Assembly: GCA_040235515.1 (NCBI GenBank)
Contig: JBECKX010000044.1
Span: 1 to 14,466 of the forward strand
Origin: Candidatus Zixiibacteriota bacterium
GTDB lineage: Bacteria; Zixibacteria; MSB-5A5; CAIYYT01
Reading direction: 5' to 3'
DNA: 14,466 nt
Part shown: one piece after another, positions 8,598-14,466 of the stretch
Layout: the number at the start of each line of letters is the position of its first letter
Numbering within the stretch: position 1 is the stretch's first letter
The notes under the pieces: generated by a model
Database searches by the model: none
Told to the model about the DNA's origin: nothing
What the model saw: the letters and a program-made list of their open reading frames with translations, nothing else
Translations under genes and position numbers: made by a program

Positions 8598-8620
8598 GCG
8601 AACGCTAGGCTCTCCCCTAC
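8598..8620 (-). repeat. Degenerate GTAG-family REP
   Basis: Minus strand GTAGGGGAGAGCCTAGCGTTCGC: GTAG foot plus imperfect hairpin, 5 nt after the hydrolase stop. Confidence 0.55.
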
Positions 8621-8625
8621 CGCAC

Positions 8626-9954
8626 CTAGTGCCCCTTCACCCACTCCACCACCTTCGCATCCAACGCCTCCACCCGTTGCGGCCAGACCCAATGCGACCT
8701 CGGCCAGTCCCATGAGTCACCCGTGAGAGTCTGGAAGGTCCACTCGCTGTGCCCGATTCCGGGGACAACCATAATCTCAAACTCGACGCCCGCCTGCGTC
8801 AGGTATTGCCGCATCAATTCTTCGTTCGATGCCGGCGGCACCAACGGGTCCTCGGCCCCGAAAATCGCAAGCACCGGACAATTCATCGCAGTAAGCGCAT
8901 CCTGCGGGTCGTATACCATCCTGCGCCACCAAAGCAAATCAGGATCGGCGTTTGAGGTCGGCAACTGAACGTAATCTTTCCACTCGGCCTGTGATACGAT
9001 CCGCGTGCTCAACTCCAGCAGGTCCCAGGAGGACTCCCCGGCAACGACCTCAAAGTACAACCGCTGATGCTCAAGCGCCGAATCGATCGCTGCCTCGGAG
9101 AAGCCATCGTTGCGCATCGTGTTCTCGGTGACATCAATCTCCTGCCGATAAAGCGGCACGGCGGGTCCCTCATAGAGAATCGCATAAGGCAAATCCTCTA
9201 CCTTGCCGGCAACCAGCGGCGCAACCCAGCCACCCTGGCTAATCCCAAGTAAGCCTACCTTGCCGGGGACGATATCTTTGCGAGCCGAGAGCGTTTTCAC
9301 GGCAGCAGCGGCATCATCAGCCAGATCGTAGAATGTGTATGAGTCAGGATCACCCCCTGACTCACCCATCCCCCTCTTGTCATAGAGCAGCGAGGCAATC
9401 CCCGCCTGCGCCAGCAGGTAGGCGAAGGAACGATAGCGCCATGCCGCGCGGCTGCCCTGATCACCAGAACCGTGAATTGTCACGACTGCCGGATATGGCG
9501 GTGGCGTGGTCGGTTTGACGAGCGTGCCAGCCAGAGTGATATCACCGTTCTTGAACGTGACCTCCTCTAACTCATAGAATCGAGTCAGCCAATCACGCGT
9601 GCGCGTAAGGTGCAGCTTCAGCGGCGGTCCCCATTTGTCGTTGACGCCTGCCATCACGTTGTGATCATCATCCACCACCATCTTGAAGACACCATTGATG
9701 ATCCTGAAAGAGAGGTCGGGATAGTTGAAGTTGATCTCCGTAACCGGCTCATCCCACACGCTCCATTGCGGTATGTCGAATCTGCCGGACAACGAGTCAC
9801 CCGACTGCCGAAAATCAACCCGAATCTGCATCACTGCCCCATCGCGCGAGTAGGCGCCCTCCCAGTGACCACTGAGGTTTGGCAGGGCAACGGCGGCAGA
9901 CGCAATGAGCATCGTCAGAGCGAATGTGAGCTTCAGGGAACGGGCAGATCTCAT
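8626..9954 (-). CDS. Secreted alpha/beta-fold serine hydrolase (S9/S15-like peptidase or esterase)
   Basis: Signal peptide (AAVA/LP), IHGSG oxyanion motif, YDKRGMGESGG, nucleophile elbow GISQG, GAEDPLV Asp, GIGHS His. RBS AGGAAAGGA. Confidence 0.9.
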   Translation of the reverse strand: MRSARSLKLTFALTMLIASAAVALPNLSGHWEGAYSRDGAVMQIRVDFRQSGDSLSGRFDIPQWSVWDEPVTEINFNYPDLSFRIINGVFKMVVDDDHNVMAGVNDKWGPPLKLHLTRTRDWLTRFYELEEVTFKNGDITLAGTLVKPTTPPPYPAVVTIHGSGDQGSRAAWRYRSFAYLLAQAGIASLLYDKRGMGESGGDPDSYTFYDLADDAAAAVKTLSARKDIVPGKVGLLGISQGGWVAPLVAGKVEDLPYAILYEGPAVPLYRQEIDVTENTMRNDGFSEAAIDSALEHQRLYFEVVAGESSWDLLELSTRIVSQAEWKDYVQLPTSNADPDLLWWRRMVYDPQDALTAMNCPVLAIFGAEDPLVPPASNEELMRQYLTQAGVEFEIMVVPGIGHSEWTFQTLTGDSWDWPRSHWVWPQRVEALDAKVVEWVKGH

Positions 9955-10061
9955 GCGTGCAGTCCTTTCCTGTGATTTATTGGAGTATTGATTGCTACTA
10001 CGGGGAACTTGAGATGTGGGTTGCGGGAGATTCGCGGGAGGGGGAGGTGACAGATGCTTCG

Positions 10062-10120
10062 GTAGGGGCCAGTGGTACTCGCCCGGTCAAATGGAAAGGG
10101 CGAATGCCATTCGCCCCTAC
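10062..10120. repeat. REP doublet (REPIN-like): two inverted GTAG-family REPs
   Basis: GTAGGGGCCAGTGGTACTCGCCC (10062-10084), 13-nt spacer, GGGCGAATGCCATTCGCCCCTAC (10098-10120, reverse complement GTAGGGGCGAATGGCATTCGCCC). Confidence 0.8.
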
Positions 10121-10280
10121 GGTGCCGGCCTGGCAGCTCAAACCCTCGTGCGGCTTGACAAGCAAACAAGCAATCGTCGCGGGGGCAGTATGCCTGCACC
10201 CCAGCGACACAGATTCCTACATTTCTATTTCGCCGGCTTCTCAGCCTTCCACTGTTCGGCGGTCTCTTTCGCCAGGTCCG
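10103..10280. repeat. Diverged direct repeat, copy A (partner 12121-12298)
   Basis: Hand alignment about 133/181 identical (~73%). Perfect 29-mer GCCTTCCACTGTTCGGCGGTCTCTTTCGC at 10244-10272. Confidence 0.9.
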
Positions 10281-10281
10281 C
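10225..10281 (-). pseudogene. Orphan copy of the nmrA-like gene 3' end
   Basis: Translates ADLAKETAEQWKAEKPAK* versus TDFAKETAEQWKAEKAAAK* at the end of 12240-13121. In-frame TAG a few codons upstream, no start codon. Confidence 0.85.
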
Positions 10282-10341
10282 TGGCTTCCCCGTTTGGAGT
10301 TGCTAACCAACTCTCCAGAACCTATCTTAACAAAGACTACG

Positions 10342-10370
10342 TTGACCTTACTACTCTGCATTTCTATAAA
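10342..10370 (+). promoter_or_regulatory. Sigma70-type promoter of the dockerin gene
   Basis: TTGACC (10342-10347), 17-nt spacer, TATAAA (10365-10370), 31 nt before the proposed GTG start. Confidence 0.6.
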
Positions 10371-10401
10371 TCATGCCGCAAAATCACCGAGGGAGGGTAA
10401 T

Positions 10402-12072
10402 GTGCGCCATTCGCTTCTAACTGCCACCACAATCACATTCTTGACACTCACGCTGATCGTCTTCTTCGATCCTCAATCTGTCGCCGGAAGCCCAAGCCGA
10501 AATGACGTGACGGATGCTGCCCTTGGCGCCCTTGAGATGGTTGCCGAAGGTATCGCCATACCCGACGCCGTCGCCCCGTTGGTTGATCTGGCTCAAGGCG
10601 CTGATATCGTTGCGCTTGGCGGAACCCAGACCTACCTGAACAAACTGCGCCAGGATATCTTCGTCGAGATTCTAACCGCCACTCCGCAAGAGGAGGCGGT
10701 GCTGCAAAGGAAGCTTAACACGATTAACGAGATGCTCTCGCAGCTTACCGGTCTCAAAAACAAGAGGACGATTGCGGAGCAGAAGGCAGAAGAAGATGGC
10801 TGCGATCCGTTCAGTGGGGTCTTCATCTGTTCCACGCCGATCATTCCGCCAGGAACATTCGCGCTCGAACTGAGCAAAGTTGATTCACTTTACGCGACGG
10901 TTTCGGGCGACGCGCCCGCTGCTCCTTTCGTGGGAATTGTCTCACCTCTCTTCGCTGGTGCAGACCCGGTGTCAGTTGCAGTCGATACGGCCTTCATTGA
11001 GATCACTTTGTCGGCGACATCGAATCCCGATAGTTTCGAAGTCACGGTCAATCAATTCGGTATGCAGCTACCATCGTTTGACATTGCTCCCGGCACTCCT
11101 ACCGGAACAAATCTGGTTTCGATTTATCCGTTTGGGTCAGCTCCGACAGGCTACTACGATGCAGTTACTCAGCGGTTCGATTTCCGTTTTGAGGGTGCCA
11201 TGATAAACGCGCTTTATTCGCCTTCAAACCCGATACGATTCTTTCATCAGGCAAACGGTGTGGTACTCGAGGCGGAAGGAATTGTGCACGCCAGCGGCGA
11301 TGACCCGATGCTGGTGCCTGTTCCGGGCGGGGTGAAAGGGATTGGCGCGGCTACCCTGCCCAAGCTGATGGCGGCAACAACTATGGTGTTCGATTCCGTT
11401 CTTGGCCAGGTACGATTCGTCGAAAACACCGATCCCAACCTGGATCCCGATGTCTCGATGGCACAGTCAATTTCGGGAGACTACGCTTTCACGACCACGG
11501 AGGACTCCCTCATAGGTGCTGACCTTTCGATTGACCCTATCGATTTTCTTGGAGTGGACTCGATTGCGGGCCGCTATCTGTTCGGTGACGCCGACTTTGC
11601 GGTAACTCGAGGAGCGACAACCTACCTGGATGGGTTCATTCACGATATCTATCTGGATGCCGAGGCGGGTGATTTCTTCGGTGTCATGGAAGTGATAGGC
11701 TTTGATGCGTCCTCACCCATTGCTTCGGAAATCGCGGCAAGCGTCCAATCGCGTTCAGTTCAATTCTGCAGTGGTGCGGGAGCGACCGACTTTTCTGCTC
11801 TGACGGACAGTTTTACCGTGTCAGCCGAGATGTGGTGGCCACAGGTGATTCACCTCGGCGGCAAGGCGACCTACGTTTATGGTGATGCCGACGGCAATGG
11901 AGCAGTCTCGATTGGCGACGCCGTATTCATTATCAACTTCATATTTGGAGGTGGACCCGCACCCTCCCCGTTACTTGCAGCCGATGCTAATTGTGACGGC
12001 ACAGTCTCTATTGGAGATGCCGTCTTCATAATCAACTTCATCTTCGGCGGTGGTCCGGCACCATGTGAATAA
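10402..12072 (+). CDS. Secreted protein with C-terminal type I dockerin-like domain (556 aa)
   Basis: GTG at 10402 follows GAGGGAGGG and opens a signal peptide (RHSLLTATTITFLTLTLIVFFDPQSVA). The ORF-track start at 10294 lies upstream of the promoter. Duplicated Ca-binding loop-helix repeats at the C-terminus. Confidence 0.85.
   Translation: MRHSLLTATTITFLTLTLIVFFDPQSVAGSPSRNDVTDAALGALEMVAEGIAIPDAVAPLVDLAQGADIVALGGTQTYLNKLRQDIFVEILTATPQEEAVLQRKLNTINEMLSQLTGLKNKRTIAEQKAEEDGCDPFSGVFICSTPIIPPGTFALELSKVDSLYATVSGDAPAAPFVGIVSPLFAGADPVSVAVDTAFIEITLSATSNPDSFEVTVNQFGMQLPSFDIAPGTPTGTNLVSIYPFGSAPTGYYDAVTQRFDFRFEGAMINALYSPSNPIRFFHQANGVVLEAEGIVHASGDDPMLVPVPGGVKGIGAATLPKLMAATTMVFDSVLGQVRFVENTDPNLDPDVSMAQSISGDYAFTTTEDSLIGADLSIDPIDFLGVDSIAGRYLFGDADFAVTRGATTYLDGFIHDIYLDAEAGDFFGVMEVIGFDASSPIASEIAASVQSRSVQFCSGAGATDFSALTDSFTVSAEMWWPQVIHLGGKATYVYGDADGNGAVSIGDAVFIINFIFGGGPAPSPLLAADANCDGTVSIGDAVFIINFIFGGGPAPCE
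11881..12063 (+). repeat. Intragenic duplicated dockerin repeats (11881-11964 and 11980-12063)
   Basis: GDADGNGAVSIGDAVFIINFIFGGGPAP and ADANCDGTVSIGDAVFIINFIFGGGPAP, 99 nt apart. Confidence 0.9.
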
Positions 12073-12120
12073 CGCTGGGGGATCCAATACACCAGGCAGT
12101 CTGGGCGTCTGCCACTTACC

Positions 12121-12298
12121 AACGCCATTCACCATTTTGGTATCAAACTGGTAGGTCAAGCCCTCTTGGGGCTTAACAAACAGACAACCAATCGGCGGGC
12201 GCAGCATGCTGCGCCCCTACAACATGGATTGCTTTTCAGCTACTTCGCTGCCGCCTTTTCGGCCTTCCACTGTTCGGCGGTCTCTTTCGCAAAATCCG
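12121..12298. repeat. Diverged direct repeat, copy B (partner 10103-10280)
   Basis: Contains the 29-mer at 12262-12290 (offset 2018 nt), the functional nmrA stop and an intact REP. Confidence 0.9.
12197..12220 (-). repeat. Intact GTAG-family REP
   Basis: Minus strand GTAG-GGGCGCAGCATGCTGCGCCC: GTAG foot plus perfect 20-nt palindrome, 19 nt after the nmrA stop. Confidence 0.85.
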
Positions 12299-13121
12299 TG
12301 AAACTGCGCGGAGCATGACCGAGCACCTCAGTCAGGGTCTCGATATCACCCGGCTGCGCCTTCAGGCCATGCTTGATGAAGTAGTCATACATGATCTTGA
12401 AATCGACCACCATCCACGCCGGCAGGCTTTGCGAGGCTGCTTCGGCCCACGCCTCGAGGTCATCACCCATATAGTTGACCTCGGTGCCCAACGTTTCGGT
12501 CCAAATCTTGGCAGTCGACTTACCACCCAGCAAATCAGGGCCGTTCAGGTTGTAAACCTTGCCATTGTGCTTGTCGGAAGTCAGCGCTGCCGCATTGACC
12601 TCGGCGATGTCGCGGACATCGATGCGGGAACAACCGACCGGACCGAGCGGCTGCGGGTAGATGCCATGCTGCAGGATCACATCCTTGTACCAGTATTCAT
12701 TCTGGTAGAAGTTATTCGGGCGCACCAGCGTGTACTGCATTCCCGATTCTCTGACAGCATTCTCAACCGGGATTTTGCTCTCGAAGTGGGGAATCTTCTC
12801 CGTGCCCGGTTCCATCATTACCGACATGTAAACAACGCGCTTGACACCCTGCTTCTTCATCGCTTTGACCGCATTCAGCCCATGCCTGGTCTCGTCGGGA
12901 TGAACTACCGTGATCAACATCACATTATCCACTCCTTCAAACACGCCTTGCAGGGTCGGCGGATCGGCCAGGTCACCGACAACTCCGGTGGCGCCAGCCG
13001 GCAAGGTTGCGATCCTGGCTGAATCACGGGTCATGACTTTGACGTTCTCACCTCTGCTGAGCAGTTCCTTTACGGTGGCACTTCCTACCGTGCCGGTTCC
13101 CCCGATCACAAGTGTAGTCAT
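12240..13121 (-). CDS. NmrA-like NAD(P)-binding protein (atypical SDR)
   Basis: Rossmann motif VIGGTGTVG, VVGDLAD, HFESKIPVE, TLVRPNNFYQN, IDVRDIAE, LGHAPRSF. RBS AAGGAG. Confidence 0.92.
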   Translation of the reverse strand: MTTLVIGGTGTVGSATVKELLSRGENVKVMTRDSARIATLPAGATGVVGDLADPPTLQGVFEGVDNVMLITVVHPDETRHGLNAVKAMKKQGVKRVVYMSVMMEPGTEKIPHFESKIPVENAVRESGMQYTLVRPNNFYQNEYWYKDVILQHGIYPQPLGPVGCSRIDVRDIAEVNAAALTSDKHNGKVYNLNGPDLLGGKSTAKIWTETLGTEVNYMGDDLEAWAEAASQSLPAWMVVDFKIMYDYFIKHGLKAQPGDIETLTEVLGHAPRSFTDFAKETAEQWKAEKAAAK

Positions 13122-13239
13122 CGTTGTCTCCTTAAGCTCCTATCAATGAAAGTCTGAGTTCTGTGTTGTTCGCCGCATACAGCCGGCGGAAGTGATACGG
13201 ATGAAGCGCCCACTCGATTTTCGAATTATTGATTCCGGA

Positions 13240-13268
13240 CAAAGAAGGGCGACCGTTGCGATCGCCCT
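13240..13268 (-). terminator. Rho-independent terminator with REP-like stem after the 141-aa membrane protein
   Basis: Minus strand AGGGCGATCG-CAA-CGGTCGCCCT followed by TCTTTG. Confidence 0.65.
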
Positions 13269-13306
13269 GCGAGACCTAAATTCCGTTCCTGTGCGAGTTT
13301 ATGCAC

Positions 13307-13732
13307 TTAAGCTCCGGCGGCACCACCCATCATCAACGCACCGGCACCAAGCACCAGGCCGATTCCTGCGAGGATCGCGAAGAGCACGACGAGGAATACC
13401 CACGCCAGCACCGAAGTCCCGAGCGCCTTTCCGAACGTTGTCTTGAAGAAGTACTGTACCACTACCGCCGTGATGATGAAACCTGCACCGAGGCCCAGGA
13501 TCCAGCCGATGATCGGCAGCCAGATGAGCAGTATACTCACGATAAAGGAAGCAATTCCTCCGAGAACGGCGCAGATCAGAGCCTTGCTGAAGCTGCGACC
13601 CGGAATATCGACAATTCTTGCGGCCAGCAGTAAGAAGAGCGCATGAATCAAGATTCCGACCGCCAATCCAGCTAGTGCTATCAGGATCCCGGCGCCAGCC
13701 AGAATCTGTTCAATTCCCTCAGAACCTTGCAT
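13307..13732 (-). CDS. Hypothetical integral membrane protein (about 4 TM helices)
   Basis: Strong RBS GAGGAG, very hydrophobic 141-aa ORF, repeated SFSKAL/TFGKAL inter-helix motif. Confidence 0.8.
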   Translation of the reverse strand: MQGSEGIEQILAGAGILIALAGLAVGILIHALFLLLAARIVDIPGRSFSKALICAVLGGIASFIVSILLIWLPIIGWILGLGAGFIITAVVVQYFFKTTFGKALGTSVLAWVFLVVLFAILAGIGLVLGAGALMMGGAAGA

Positions 13733-13882
13733 ACTACTCTCCTCGAAAAAGTTTTCTGGTGCTAGTCAAGTTATGATCTGGTTTGTGAATCAGTTGTGCG
13801 TCAATGCAATGGACGATAATAGGGACTTCGACTTATGAGAGCAAATAAAAATGTAGGGTGCAAATTGGTCACAGAAATACGA

Positions 13883-13935
13883 CCCCTCACCCCCCATCCC
13901 CTCTGATGAGCTTTGGAGAGGATGGGGGCAAGGGG
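13883..13935. repeat. BoxC-like pyrimidine/purine palindromic element
   Basis: CCCCTCACCCCCCATCCCCTCT-gatgagcttt-GGAGAGGATGGGGGCAAGGGG: long imperfect hairpin with a C-rich left arm and G-rich right arm. Confidence 0.65.
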
Positions 13936-13968
13936 CAGAATTTTCAGAATGCGCCGCGTACGCTGGTT

Positions 13969-14277
13969 TCAACTGACAGCCAACTCAAAGCATTGGGATC
14001 TTCCGCCTGCAATAGAGCTGAAGCTGATGTAGATCAATGGGAATGCCCACAAGGCGTGCAGTTTGCTCAAACTCAGCGGTATCAATACTACCAGCATTAC
14101 AGTCTCAGCCATTAGGATCTTCGGAGCTGCGTAAAGCAGAATTAAAACCTGCCTGTCATACTTTGGTTCTGCCTCGTATTGGGTTTTGACAAAAATCCAA
14201 TAGCGATAGAGCACTGTGAGGACGATCAATGCCACCCCCCAGACTATCCACTCAAATGGAACTTTAGAAAGGCCCAA
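13969..14277 (-). CDS. Small hypothetical membrane protein (about 3 TM helices)
   Basis: 102-aa hydrophobic ORF filling the gap on the local coding strand. AGGAGG 12 nt before TTG; start uncertain. Confidence 0.6.
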   Translation of the reverse strand: MGLSKVPFEWIVWGVALIVLTVLYRYWIFVKTQYEAEPKYDRQVLILLYAAPKILMAETVMLVVLIPLSLSKLHALWAFPLIYISFSSIAGGRSQCFELAVS

Positions 14278-14320
14278 CTTCGGAATCTACCTCCTCGACT
14301 CCCGTCTGTAGTTTGCCGTT

Positions 14321-14343
14321 GGGTATGACAGTGTTTCCCCTAC
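14321..14343 (-). repeat. Degenerate GTAG-family REP overlapping a stop codon
   Basis: Minus strand GTAGGGG-AAACACTGTCATA-CCC: same GTAGGGG-N13-CCC geometry as the REP at 10098-10120, but inner stem largely lost. Confidence 0.4.
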
Positions 14344-14465
14344 TTCTTCGCACCCGCCTTCTCAGGCTCCGCCGCTTCCACCTCTGCAGCCTTCTTGCTG
14401 TGACCGTTGGTGAAAAGACCTGCCTTCTCGAAAATCTCGCCTTTGAGCTTCTCGCGCAAATCAGG
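14340..14465 (-). CDS. recA: C-terminal end of a gene entering from the right, probably RecA
   Basis: Reads PDLREKLKGEIFEKAGLFTNGHSKKAAEVEAAEPEKAGAKK*, resembling the RecA terminal helix (NPxLxxxIxxxIxxxxGL) plus a charged tail. Only 41 residues visible. Confidence 0.5.
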   Translation of the reverse strand, partial: PDLREKLKGEIFEKAGLFTNGHSKKAAEVEAAEPEKAGAKK

Positions 14466-14466
14466 A

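Noticed and set aside
9951..10400. Overlapping ORFs 9951-10361, 9957-10400, 9998-10210 and 10016-10306
   Set aside because: They run through REPs, the nmrA remnant and a promoter, lack protein-like features and are mutually incompatible.
10294..10401. 36-aa N-terminal extension of the dockerin ORF
   Set aside because: Promoter, RBS and signal peptide all point to GTG at 10402.
10103..12298. Repeat pair as template/variable repeats of a diversity-generating retroelement
   Set aside because: Mismatches are not adenine-specific, indels are present, most of the repeat is non-coding, and no reverse transcriptase is in the window.
12315..13022. 235-aa plus-strand ORF, and similar antisense ORFs over pilT, accB, the peptidase, TPR and hydrolase genes
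   Set aside because: Antisense shadows of well-supported minus-strand genes in GC-rich DNA.
13853..13870. GTAGGGTGCAAATTGGTC, and minus-strand GTAGGGTTTTAGGACCC near 6436-6452, as further REPs
   Set aside because: GTAG foot present but the stem is too short or absent to support the call.
8598..14343. Palindromes as a CRISPR array or integron attC sites
   Set aside because: Spacing is kilobase-scale and irregular, copies differ, no RYYYAAC/GTTRRRY ends were recognised, and there is no cas or intI gene.

Overview
Bacterial chromosomal window, almost all coded on the minus strand. The dockerin motif (GDAxxxGxVSIGDAVFIINFIFGGGPAP) is of the type I associate with candidate phylum Zixibacteria; that assignment is inference. 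Left part, in transcription order: TPR protein, Xaa-Pro peptidase (M24B), accB, a PilT/PilU-type ATPase, terminator, a more AT-rich Fic-HTH gene with a palindrome-rich promoter, a secreted fibre-like protein, then accC (runs off the left edge; missing from the ORF track). accB and accC are therefore split by about 4.6 kb. Right part (about 8.6-14.3 kb), after a probable recA 3' end: two small membrane proteins, an NmrA-like oxidoreductase, a secreted dockerin protein (only plus-strand gene) and a secreted alpha/beta hydrolase, separated by GTAG-type REP palindromes and a BoxC-like hairpin. Best unexplained structure: the dockerin gene and its own promoter lie between two diverged ~180-bp direct repeats 2018 bp apart. 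These share a perfect 29-bp core and duplicate the nmrA 3' end plus downstream REPs, which looks like an integrase-less cassette inserted into a gene 3' end. No rRNA, tRNA, CRISPR array, transposase or integrase seen.
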